A stretch of 37,162 nt of DNA from Syntrophomonadaceae bacterium (GCA_007130585.1 SLSE01000180.1:1-37162); one strand, 5' to 3'; positions 7,098 to 15,564 are shown, counted from the first letter of the stretch. Translations and numbers: made by a program. The notes: a model not told the origin generated them from the sequence alone.

Positions 7098-7928
7098 TTA
7101 TTCACCTCCTTGCGTTGCAAATAGATCTTGCAGGGCATCAAAAAGAACCTCTTTCAGCTTCCCGATTCTTCTTAACGCTGCCCGATCCGGTCCTGCCGTC
7201 CGGGGTTCGGATATAAGATACAGCGAGCGGTTTATCTCAAGCTGAATCCAGGGGATGCGGCCGGCCCGGCCGTGTTTTCTTGTTATATAACCACCGCTGA
7301 AAGGCCGGTTAAGCTGTACGGCAGGAATCCCCGCGCAATGATAGTACTTCTTCAGGTAGCGCTCTAATACCTGCCTAAGGGTCCTGATTAATTCCGGCGG
7401 GGCTGAAACAGGCCCATCCAGGGCATTTCCGTCAGGGTCGCCCAGGTTGCCAAGGCAAACCGGGGGCCGCTCCCGGCCGGAGTCAGCGGAGTTATCCGGC
7501 CCCCGGGCCAGCATGGTATGGCAGTCAAGGCCCAGCAGGATATTCCGGTTTCCGGAGGCCGCTGATAGCAGCGCGTGGTAAGGGTAGTAGTAGCGATCCA
7601 GGAGCTGCTTAACCTGCCTGCCGGTCAATCCTGCCGGGTCCTGCCAGATATATTCGTCATTTACAGTTACAGTTTTCACAACCCCGTCGGGGTTTTGGGG
7701 CGGCCGATCGCCTGCAGCCCGGTTAACGTCAACTACGGCCCGGGCAACAGGAAATTGAAACCGGGCCCGGACTCTTTCGCCAAAATCGTATAAATAACCG
7801 GCCCAGGTGTCCCCGTCCCTGAGCAGGGCCTGCAGGTCAAGACGGCAGCAACTGCTGACTTCCGGCGGCACTTCCAGCCCCCCGTGGGGAACAGATATTA
7901 ACAGCGGGAGGCAGTTGATCGGCGCCAT
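7098..7928 (-). CDS. N-formylglutamate amidohydrolase (FGase, HutG-type) family protein
   Basis: 276-aa ORF with blocks I recognise from the FGase family: ISVPHGG, VARAVVDVNR, YYYPYH, LGLDCHTM, LNRPFSGGYITRKHG, IQLEINRSLY. A GGAGGA Shine-Dalgarno lies within the end of the upstream gene. Confidence 0.8.
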   Translation of the reverse strand: MAPINCLPLLISVPHGGLEVPPEVSSCCRLDLQALLRDGDTWAGYLYDFGERVRARFQFPVARAVVDVNRAAGDRPPQNPDGVVKTVTVNDEYIWQDPAGLTGRQVKQLLDRYYYPYHALLSAASGNRNILLGLDCHTMLARGPDNSADSGRERPPVCLGNLGDPDGNALDGPVSAPPELIRTLRQVLERYLKKYYHCAGIPAVQLNRPFSGGYITRKHGRAGRIPWIQLEINRSLYLISEPRTAGPDRAALRRIGKLKEVLFDALQDLFATQGGE

Positions 7929-7935
7929 TATCGAT

Positions 7936-10104
7936 TCAGTCCTCCAATAGCAGCAGGGTTAACAGCAGGGCCCTCTGCAATAGTTCTCCCCGGTGGATAC
8001 ATTCGTGAGGAGTAAACATATCCCGGCTGGCCGGGGCAAATCCGCAGATTACCGGTATGCCCGCGGGCACCTCGCCGGCGGCTGAAGGCAGCAGGCTGGA
8101 ATCGACACCAAAGGGAAGGTTCCACTCTTCGCTGATCTTTTTAAGCTGCGCAATAACAGCTTCAGCCGCCGTGGAACGATTTAAAGGAGGCCTTTCTTCA
8201 AGCCTTTCTATATAAACTTTGGTTTCATCCCCTTCCTCCTGCTGCGACTCAAACAACGAATGGAGTCTCGTTTCCGCTTCATCGGCCCGCTCTGAATCAA
8301 GAAAGGTAATATAAACTATGGCCCTGATCCGGTGCGGGAGCAGAACGCTATAGCGTTCGGAATGAACCTCCTGGACGGCAACGGTTAGCCTTTCTTCAGG
8401 ACAGCTCAGTGTGCCGATCTGATCCGCCCGGCTTAAGAACCAGCTCATCAGGTCGCTTTCCGAATCGTGAGCCCCGATCCGCTTAAATTCACCTTCCACC
8501 AGGATGCTGAATTTTCGGGAACCCCGGCGCTGATCAACAATCTTACCGCTGCGAAACCCGGGCTGCATAATAATCACCCGTCCCGCTTTTGAGGCAGCCT
8601 GCTGCAGGTATGGAGCGCTGTAACGCATCCCCCGGCCTTCATCGGCATAAATAAACACGCCCGGCTTGGCAGTTTCCAGCTTTTCCACCTGCTTCAGGGT
8701 TTTCAGCACCTGCAGGATACAGGCCAGACCCGCCCGGCTGGAAGCGATACCCTCGCCGTAAAGCCATTCCGGATCACGGCGAAAAGGGATAGGATATCCG
8801 CCACCTCCATCGCGGGGTACATCTATAGAAGCTACCAGCAGGGTGCCTCCCTCCAGGCCGGCGTCTGTCTGCCAGGTCCAGGCCGAGCGCTTGCTGCTAA
8901 ACTGTTTGGCAATAGACAACCCCAGTTCTGCAAACCGGTGCTCCAGTCTTTTTATCACTGTTCCCAGCCCGACGGGATCTCCTGTCCAGCTGGGCAGGTT
9001 AGTCCAGTTTTTTAATTCTTCTTCATACTCATCCCGGCAATGGATAAGGTTTGTAAAGGCCGTTGTCCTCGGATCATCATGAAGCAGGGAAGCGCTGTCC
9101 TCGCTAATTAGGGGTCCGAAATAGCGCTGGCTGGTCACCTCGATCAGCCGGTTGACCAGGGCGCTGTAATCCAGGCCGATAGTTTTTGCAGCATACACGT
9201 AAGAACCGCCCGGTCCCAGGCTGGCCATTGAATTTACTTCCAGGATATACGGATTGCCCCGGTCATCAATCCTGAAATCCACCCTGGCGCTGTCAAAACA
9301 GCCCAGCGCTTTAAAAGCATCTACGGCCAGCATTTTGACCTTCTCGGTTACCGCCGGTTCCAGGGGCGCAGGGCAAATGGTTTCCAGTTCCCGGCCGCTG
9401 GTTTTTATTTTATCCTCGTAGGTATAAATCTGCTCCCCTTCTTTAAAAACTATTTCCACGGGAGGAAAAGCTTCCACGGGATCGTTCCCGAGGAGGCCCA
9501 CGTTTATTTCACGTCCGGCAATATATTCTTCCACCAGGGTCGGGGCCCTGAACATGTTGTAAATTACCTCGACCCCTTCCCGCAGCTCCCGATCATTATT
9601 AACAATCTTCAGGCCAAATGAAACCGCCTCATCCTTGGGCTTCACAATTAAAGGGTACCTCAGGCCCTCACTGAGGGGCAGAGGAAAAGCGGGTGTTTCA
9701 AGAACAGTAAAATTGGGGGTGGGAAGTCCTTTCTGAAGTAAAACCATCTTGGTCAGCACTTTATCCAGGGCTATTGCGTGGGTTTCCGGTCCGGAGCCGA
9801 CATAGGGAATGCCCAGCATTTCAAGGATACCCGGGATATGGGTATAGCGGGCCCGTCCCTGGATTCCGTAACTCAGGTTAAAAACCAGGCCGGGACGCTC
9901 TCCCGATATTACGGTGGGCATAAATTCTTCCAGGGCGGAAATGATATTTTTGTCCCCCTCAAAAGCCTTCACCTGGTGCCCCCCGGCCTCAAGAGCTTCC
10001 GTGATCATATCTATTGTCTGCAGGCCGTATTTCTCGCGGTTGGGCGTTCCGAAAAGGTTGATTACCGCCTGGCTGTCGCGGTTATAGATTATTGCTATTT
10101 TCAA
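7936..10104 (-). CDS. Fusion protein: Ddl-like ATP-grasp ligase (about aa 1-330) plus an M20-peptidase-like domain (about aa 345-722), paralogue A
   Basis: 722-aa ORF. The N-terminal half has Ddl-family ATP-grasp features (IPGILEMLGIPYVGSGP, DKVLTKMVLLQKGLPTP, PLIVKPKDEAVSFGL, EEYIAGREINVG, RVDFRIDDRGNPYILEVNS). The C-terminal half resembles the M20 catalytic plus lid domains (YGEGIASSRAG, IYADEGRGMRYS, FSILVEGEFKRIGAHD, TPHECIH). It starts 4 nt after the ggt stop. Confidence 0.8.
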   Translation of the reverse strand: MKIAIIYNRDSQAVINLFGTPNREKYGLQTIDMITEALEAGGHQVKAFEGDKNIISALEEFMPTVISGERPGLVFNLSYGIQGRARYTHIPGILEMLGIPYVGSGPETHAIALDKVLTKMVLLQKGLPTPNFTVLETPAFPLPLSEGLRYPLIVKPKDEAVSFGLKIVNNDRELREGVEVIYNMFRAPTLVEEYIAGREINVGLLGNDPVEAFPPVEIVFKEGEQIYTYEDKIKTSGRELETICPAPLEPAVTEKVKMLAVDAFKALGCFDSARVDFRIDDRGNPYILEVNSMASLGPGGSYVYAAKTIGLDYSALVNRLIEVTSQRYFGPLISEDSASLLHDDPRTTAFTNLIHCRDEYEEELKNWTNLPSWTGDPVGLGTVIKRLEHRFAELGLSIAKQFSSKRSAWTWQTDAGLEGGTLLVASIDVPRDGGGGYPIPFRRDPEWLYGEGIASSRAGLACILQVLKTLKQVEKLETAKPGVFIYADEGRGMRYSAPYLQQAASKAGRVIIMQPGFRSGKIVDQRRGSRKFSILVEGEFKRIGAHDSESDLMSWFLSRADQIGTLSCPEERLTVAVQEVHSERYSVLLPHRIRAIVYITFLDSERADEAETRLHSLFESQQEEGDETKVYIERLEERPPLNRSTAAEAVIAQLKKISEEWNLPFGVDSSLLPSAAGEVPAGIPVICGFAPASRDMFTPHECIHRGELLQRALLLTLLLLED

Positions 10105-10108
10105 CGCT

Positions 10109-11761
10109 TCATACCTCCCTGTCGTTCGTGTTTATGAACTGCGGCCCGCGGGCACTGCCATCCCGCCGGGGGTCAGACACGCCGGTAAAGTCTCCACCGG
10201 GCGTTTCCGGAAGTTTAACGGCATGCACGCTGCCCAGGTAGAAACTGTAAGCCCCTTTGCCCGTAACCTGAAAACCGGCCCGGCTCAAAGCCTCTACCAC
10301 CTCCGGCCGGTATATTCGCTTTTCGATGGCCGCCTTCCCGCTGCTGCCCGCGTGCAGGCGGGGCGCTTCAACGGCCTCACCCAGGCTCTGACCCGAATCG
10401 ATAACCCGGCAAATAACCTGGGCCAGGACCGTTGATATCCGTTCACTGCCCGGGCTGCCCAGCATCATCAGGGGCTCTCCATTTTTCCTGAACAGGAGCG
10501 TAGGAGCCACGCTGCTGAAAGGGCGCCCCCCGGGGATCAGGAAGTTCGGATGAAGCATGTTCTTGTAATCAAAGGCGCTCATATAATTGTTATAAAAAAA
10601 TCCCAGGTTCCCGGTCATGGTTTTTGCACCGAAAACCAGCTCGATCGATTGGGTTATCCCCACGATATTGCCATAGGAGTCGGCAGCCGACAGGTGGGTT
10701 GTTTCTCCCGAGGTGGGCGGAGGTTCAAATTTTTCTTCAGCCACATACAGCAGCAGATCTTTAATCCGGGATGCAATATGGGAAGCGCTGCCTTTGTCAA
10801 CCATCCACCGGTCATCGAGCTGGGGGTAACGGGCCGGATCAATCGGCAGCCGTTCCCTTTTAACCAGGGCAGCCCGAAAAGCCATGGCCAGCAGCAGGTA
10901 GCAGAGAGGGCTGTCCGGAAGCAATCTTTCCGCATCAAAGAGCTCCAGGATATTTAAAATCTGGACCAGGGCCCGCCCTGCGCCCGGAGGAGGGTAAGTA
11001 GCCAGCGCATAGCCGCGGTAAGAACCTTTTAAAACCTCCCGTTGGATGGGATAGGGAATCTGGCTTAAATCCGCCCTGGATATGTAGCCGTTACGCTGCT
11101 TCATGTCCTCCAGGATGCTTTCGGCAATATCTCCCAGGTAAAAATCCCGCCAGCCCTTCTCTGCGATCTGTTCCAGGCAGGAGGCAAGCTGGGGCTGGTA
11201 CGCGGTATCGCCGGCGTTCAGGGGCCTGCCGTTCTTGAAGAAAATTGAGCGCACCGTTTGATCCTTGAGCTTTTCTTTTTCCCTGGCCAGAAGCCTCTGC
11301 TGAAGGGCGGTAATCTTAAACCCGTATTTGGCGGCGCCTATAGCCGGCTTAAGAACCACGTCGATGGGAAGCGTTCCGTAAGTTTCGAGAAGGTATCCGA
11401 GCGCAGCCGGGGTGGAAGGCACGGTGGAAGCGCTGAGACCCAGCTTGAGAGGCCGGGCAGGAAGCCGGCTGGGATTGATTTCAAAAGGGGCCCGGGAGGA
11501 TCCGTCCAGGGCAACGGTTACCGGCTCACCGTTGGGGCAGTGGTGCAGCAAGACCATGCTCTGCCCGCCCAGGCCTGAAGCCTGCGGCTCTGTAACTCCC
11601 AGGCAGAAAGCAGCAGCCACTGCGGCATCAACGGCGTTGCCACCCAGCTCAAGCATCCGCACTCCCGCTTCGGTAGCCGGATCGGACGCGGTTGAAACCA
11701 TGCCATAACGGCTGGTGGCTGTTTTTGCTTTTTTCTGTTTAATATCTTCTGTTTCGGCCAA
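10109..11761 (-). CDS. ggt: Gamma-glutamyltranspeptidase family protein without a signal peptide
   Basis: 550-aa ORF with VDAAVAAAFCLGVTEPQASGLGGQ, the autoprocessing/nucleophile block GETTHLSAADSYGNIVGITQSIE, and GSPGSERI. The N-terminus is hydrophilic (MAETEDIKQKKAKT) with no signal sequence. The start is TTG at 11761 by my reading, with an alternative ATG at 11701 (MVSTASD). Confidence 0.9.
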   Translation of the reverse strand: MAETEDIKQKKAKTATSRYGMVSTASDPATEAGVRMLELGGNAVDAAVAAAFCLGVTEPQASGLGGQSMVLLHHCPNGEPVTVALDGSSRAPFEINPSRLPARPLKLGLSASTVPSTPAALGYLLETYGTLPIDVVLKPAIGAAKYGFKITALQQRLLAREKEKLKDQTVRSIFFKNGRPLNAGDTAYQPQLASCLEQIAEKGWRDFYLGDIAESILEDMKQRNGYISRADLSQIPYPIQREVLKGSYRGYALATYPPPGAGRALVQILNILELFDAERLLPDSPLCYLLLAMAFRAALVKRERLPIDPARYPQLDDRWMVDKGSASHIASRIKDLLLYVAEEKFEPPPTSGETTHLSAADSYGNIVGITQSIELVFGAKTMTGNLGFFYNNYMSAFDYKNMLHPNFLIPGGRPFSSVAPTLLFRKNGEPLMMLGSPGSERISTVLAQVICRVIDSGQSLGEAVEAPRLHAGSSGKAAIEKRIYRPEVVEALSRAGFQVTGKGAYSFYLGSVHAVKLPETPGGDFTGVSDPRRDGSARGPQFINTNDREV

Positions 11762-11861
11762 CCCGGTTTCCCCGCTTTCCTTAAGCTTGTTATAGATTTA
11801 TACCACACCTTTGGCCGGCGGTAAATTAAAAATGCTGCCGGCCAGTATTATGCCAGGGCAG

Positions 11862-14030
11862 TTAATCTTCCAGCAAGAACAGTGCTAAGAGGACCAGACG
11901 CTGCATAAGTTCTCCGCGATGGATACATTCATGGGGAGTATATATGTCCCGGCCGGCCGGCCCGAATCCGCATATGACCGGGATACCCGCCGGCACTTCT
12001 CCGGCGGCCGAAGGCAAAAGGCTTGCCTCCAATCCAAAAGGAAGCCTCCAGGTGTCGCTTAGTTTTTCCAGCCGATCAATTAATTTTTCCGTTTCCGGAG
12101 AGCAGATCAAAGGCGGCCTTTCCACCATTTTTTCAATATATACGCTGGGTTCGCCCTGCAGACCCTGCGAGGGGGCAAAAAGCATTCTCAGCCGGATTTC
12201 CGCCTGGTCGGCCAGCTCCGGCTCCAGGAATGACACATACACCATGGCCCTGATCCTGTGGGGAAGCAGAACGCTGTGACGCTCCGACTGCACTTCCTGG
12301 AGCGCAACTGTTACTTTTTCTTCCGGTCTGTTTAAGGAATCTATCATATCCGCCCGGCTTACAAACCACTTCATCAGGTTACCGAGAGTATCCCGGGCTC
12401 CGATGCGCTGAGATAATCCTTCGATCAGGATATTGAATTTTCGCAGCCCCCTGCGTTGATGCACAACTTTGCCGTTCAGGAAACCGGGCTGCAAGACTAT
12501 TACCTGCCCAACCCGGGAAGCAGCTTTCTGCAGCAGTTTGCTGCTGTATCTCATGCCACGCCCCTCGTCTGCATAAAGAAATATCCCGACTTTATTACAC
12601 TGGAGCCTCTCTGCATAATGCAGGCCTTTAAGAACTTTTAGAAGAGAGGCAATACCGGCCCGGCTGGAAGCAATGCCTTCTCCATACAGCCATTCAGAGT
12701 CCTGCCGGAAAGGCATGGAATAAGCGCCGGCCCCGTAGCCGGGAACGTCGACCGGAACAACAAGAAGAGTTCCTTCTTCAAAACCGGCTGCAGTTTCCCA
12801 GGCCCAGACCGAGCGGTAGTCCGAAAATGCTTCAACCGGCTTAAGGCGCAGTTCCATTAACCTGGACTCCACTCTTTTGATTACAGCCCCCACCCCGACA
12901 GGATCATCAGTGCAGCTCGGCAAACCGGTCCAGTTTTTCAGTTCCTCTTCCAGCTGATCTCTACCCTGTGTAAGAAAAGTAAAGATTTTTGTCCGCGGGT
13001 CATCACTGGTAAACGCTTCACTGCTCTCCGGATAGAAAGGTCCGAAATAGCGTTGACTGGCAATTCTTATCAGGCGGTTGACCAGTTCGCTGTATCCCAA
13101 CCCGGTTTTTTTAGCGGCAAACACGTAAGACCCCTTTGGCTCAAGGCTGGGCATAGAGTTAACCTCCAGGATATAGGGGTTTTCTTCGGAATCCAGGCGA
13201 AAGTCTATACGGGCGCTATCGAAGCAGCCCAGGACCTGAAATGCTTCTACGGCCATTGACTGAATTTTTTCAGTTAACCCCGCCTCCATGAGAGCAGGGC
13301 ATATTTTCTCCAGCTTGCGGCCGCTGGCAAGGATCTTATCCTCGTAGGTATAGATGCGCTCACCTTTATCAAAAATCACTTCAACGGGAGGAAAGGCCTG
13401 CACCGGATTATTACCAAGCAACCCGACATTTATTTCGCGGCCTTCTATATACTCTTCGACCAGGGTTGGAGCCCCGTACATATCATAAATGGCCTTCACC
13501 CCTTCCCGTAACTCTTCATTGTTTCGCACAATTTTTAATCCCAAGGAAACCGCTTCACCCCTGGGTTTTACAATGAGTGGAAAGCGCAGTTCGTCGGCAA
13601 GGGGCAGATTAAAATCGGGGCTTTCGATGACAGTAAATTTGGGAGTGGGCAGACCTTTCTGCAGCAGCACTATTTTAGTCAGCACTTTATCGAGGGCAAT
13701 TGTATGTGTTTCGGGGCCTGAACCCACATAAGGGATGCCCAGCATTTCCAGGATGCCCGGTATATGGGCATAGCGGGCCCGCCCCTGGATACCGTAGCTA
13801 AGGTTGAAAACCAGCCCCGGACGTTCGCCTGATATAACCGTTGGCATAAACTTTTCAAGGGCGGTTATAACATTTTTATCGCCCTCAAAAGCTTTAACCT
13901 GATGTCCTCCCACCGTCAGAGCGCCCATGACCATATCAATGGTTTCCAGGCCGTACTTTTCCCGGCTTGGAGTCCCAAAGAGGTTAATCACAGCCTGGCT
14001 TTCCCGGTTAAAAATCACGGCAACTTTCAC
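11862..14030 (-). CDS. Fusion protein: Ddl-like ATP-grasp ligase plus an M20-peptidase-like domain, paralogue B
   Basis: 722-aa ORF, collinear with paralogue A over its full length. It has the same motif set, for example GILEMLGIPYVGSGPETH, YGEGIASSRAG, LYADEGRGMRYS, TPHECIHRGEL, and the same ...LLED C-terminus. GTG start at 14028-14030 is preceded by GGGGAGGG. Confidence 0.8.
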   Translation of the reverse strand: MKVAVIFNRESQAVINLFGTPSREKYGLETIDMVMGALTVGGHQVKAFEGDKNVITALEKFMPTVISGERPGLVFNLSYGIQGRARYAHIPGILEMLGIPYVGSGPETHTIALDKVLTKIVLLQKGLPTPKFTVIESPDFNLPLADELRFPLIVKPRGEAVSLGLKIVRNNEELREGVKAIYDMYGAPTLVEEYIEGREINVGLLGNNPVQAFPPVEVIFDKGERIYTYEDKILASGRKLEKICPALMEAGLTEKIQSMAVEAFQVLGCFDSARIDFRLDSEENPYILEVNSMPSLEPKGSYVFAAKKTGLGYSELVNRLIRIASQRYFGPFYPESSEAFTSDDPRTKIFTFLTQGRDQLEEELKNWTGLPSCTDDPVGVGAVIKRVESRLMELRLKPVEAFSDYRSVWAWETAAGFEEGTLLVVPVDVPGYGAGAYSMPFRQDSEWLYGEGIASSRAGIASLLKVLKGLHYAERLQCNKVGIFLYADEGRGMRYSSKLLQKAASRVGQVIVLQPGFLNGKVVHQRRGLRKFNILIEGLSQRIGARDTLGNLMKWFVSRADMIDSLNRPEEKVTVALQEVQSERHSVLLPHRIRAMVYVSFLEPELADQAEIRLRMLFAPSQGLQGEPSVYIEKMVERPPLICSPETEKLIDRLEKLSDTWRLPFGLEASLLPSAAGEVPAGIPVICGFGPAGRDIYTPHECIHRGELMQRLVLLALFLLED

Positions 14031-14112
14031 TGGTTTTCCCTCCCCGTCAATACAGGATTATTACCTGGAACCGGGCTATCCCGGGTATATAATTGTGAAA
14101 AAAATGCCGCTT

Positions 14113-15429
14113 TCAGGAAAAAGCCATTTCGGCAACCTGGTGCTTCGGAACAAAGTAGTTGGCAGCCAGGATGAGCAGGGCCGCAGCCACAGCACCGGTA
14201 GAGCTGAGCTGAATGGCTGTTGACAGGCCAAGAAAGTTTGACAGAAAACCTGTCAGGTAAGGACCGAAGCTGTAAACAACCGTGTAAGCGGTACTGAAAA
14301 GACCGAAACCGGCCCCCTGGTAGCGGGGAGGCATATTTCGCATTACATACGAGTTGATCAGGGTATTTGTATTGAGGCAGGCCGCGCCCAGCAGGGCCAA
14401 CACTGCCAGCAGCTGCCAGTGACCTTCAACCAGGGTAAGAGCAAAAAAAAGGCTCACACTGATAACCAGGTTGGAAAATAAAACGGGGTTGTTACCGAAA
14501 CGGTCGGCCAGCCAGCCTATGACAATTTTCGCCGCCAGGCCGGCTACCGCAACAATGATAAACATCCTGTTGGCCACCTCAAAGCTATAACCTCTTTCCT
14601 CGACCAGAAATGTGGGGATAAATGTGTTAATTCCCGTCCAGGACAGGGCCCCTAATCCACCGACCAGGGTACTCCAGATCAGAAACCGCCTGATTACCGG
14701 GTTGCGAAAAATAACTGAAGAGGTAAATGTTTGCTGCAGAAAACCTTTGACAACGCTACCCGCGGCTGTCCCCTGCCCGGACAGGTTACTGCTTTCTTCA
14801 CGGGTTGACTGATGCGCAGCCGTATAATTTTTTTCAAAACCGGCCGAACGCCCCCGGTAGCGATAAAATACAAATGTCAGAGCAGCCAGAAGAACTCCGG
14901 AAACCGCAAAAAGAAGCTGCCAGTTTAAAAAAAGAACAAAAACTGTAACCACTGCCGGGGAAGAGATGGCAGCTATCATACCGAAAGATTCGAATGCAGC
15001 CGTGGCTGTAGCAGCCCGCTCGCGGGAACCAATTATCACGGCCAGGGTGTAGCCGGCGGTTACATATATACCGCTGCTGACTCCCAGTATAAAAGTCATT
15101 GCAGCCAGGATTGAATATCCCGGCGAGAGGGCGACTCCAAGGAAAGAGAGGGCCATTGCCGCGCTGCCGATCATGACAGTTTTCGTGCAGCCGATTTGAT
15201 CGGCCATGATTCCCGAGGGAAAGCGGGCCAGGGCATAGCCGAAAAAAACCAGGGTAACAAGCAGGCCGGCCTGGGCGTTGTCGATCAGGAAGGCCTCGCG
15301 GAGGGGAATAAGAAGGGGCGGGAACAGGTTCTTGGTATAACCCTGAAACAAAAATATAACAGCGTTAAGCATAAAAACCGTTCCCGTGATCAGGCCCAGC
15401 ACACTTTGCTGCTGCTGTTTGTTACTCAT
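14113..15429 (-). CDS. MFS transporter (first gene of the ATP-grasp/GGT operon)
   Basis: The ORF track gives 499 aa. The first 61 residues are Arg/Ser/Cys-rich and not membrane-like. I therefore call the ATG at 15427-15429 (MSNKQQQQSVLGLITGTVFML), which is preceded by AAGGCGGGG. Multiple TM helices with an MFS-like loop (ARFPSGIMADQIGC) and a central hydrophilic loop. Confidence 0.8.
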   Translation of the reverse strand: MSNKQQQQSVLGLITGTVFMLNAVIFLFQGYTKNLFPPLLIPLREAFLIDNAQAGLLVTLVFFGYALARFPSGIMADQIGCTKTVMIGSAAMALSFLGVALSPGYSILAAMTFILGVSSGIYVTAGYTLAVIIGSRERAATATAAFESFGMIAAISSPAVVTVFVLFLNWQLLFAVSGVLLAALTFVFYRYRGRSAGFEKNYTAAHQSTREESSNLSGQGTAAGSVVKGFLQQTFTSSVIFRNPVIRRFLIWSTLVGGLGALSWTGINTFIPTFLVEERGYSFEVANRMFIIVAVAGLAAKIVIGWLADRFGNNPVLFSNLVISVSLFFALTLVEGHWQLLAVLALLGAACLNTNTLINSYVMRNMPPRYQGAGFGLFSTAYTVVYSFGPYLTGFLSNFLGLSTAIQLSSTGAVAAALLILAANYFVPKHQVAEMAFS

Positions 15430-15547
15430 CTTATGCCCCGCCTTTCTTGACCCGCTACAGGAGGCTGACGGAAAAACATCTCCTGTCACAATTTTAACAT
15501 AATTTAAGTTTGCCCGGGCTGCCGGGCAGGCCCTGTCCTGTGGCAGT

Positions 15548-15564
15548 GAAGAATATAATTCTTC
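15548..15564. promoter_or_regulatory. Perfect 7-3-7 palindrome GAAGAAT-ATA-ATTCTTC in the promoter region of the MFS/ATP-grasp operon (candidate operator)
   Basis: Read directly from the sequence. The arms are exact reverse complements. It lies between the upstream terminator (15604-15638) and the MFS start (15429). It overlaps -10-like hexamers on both strands and is flanked by two copies of CCCGGGCTG. Confidence 0.35.
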
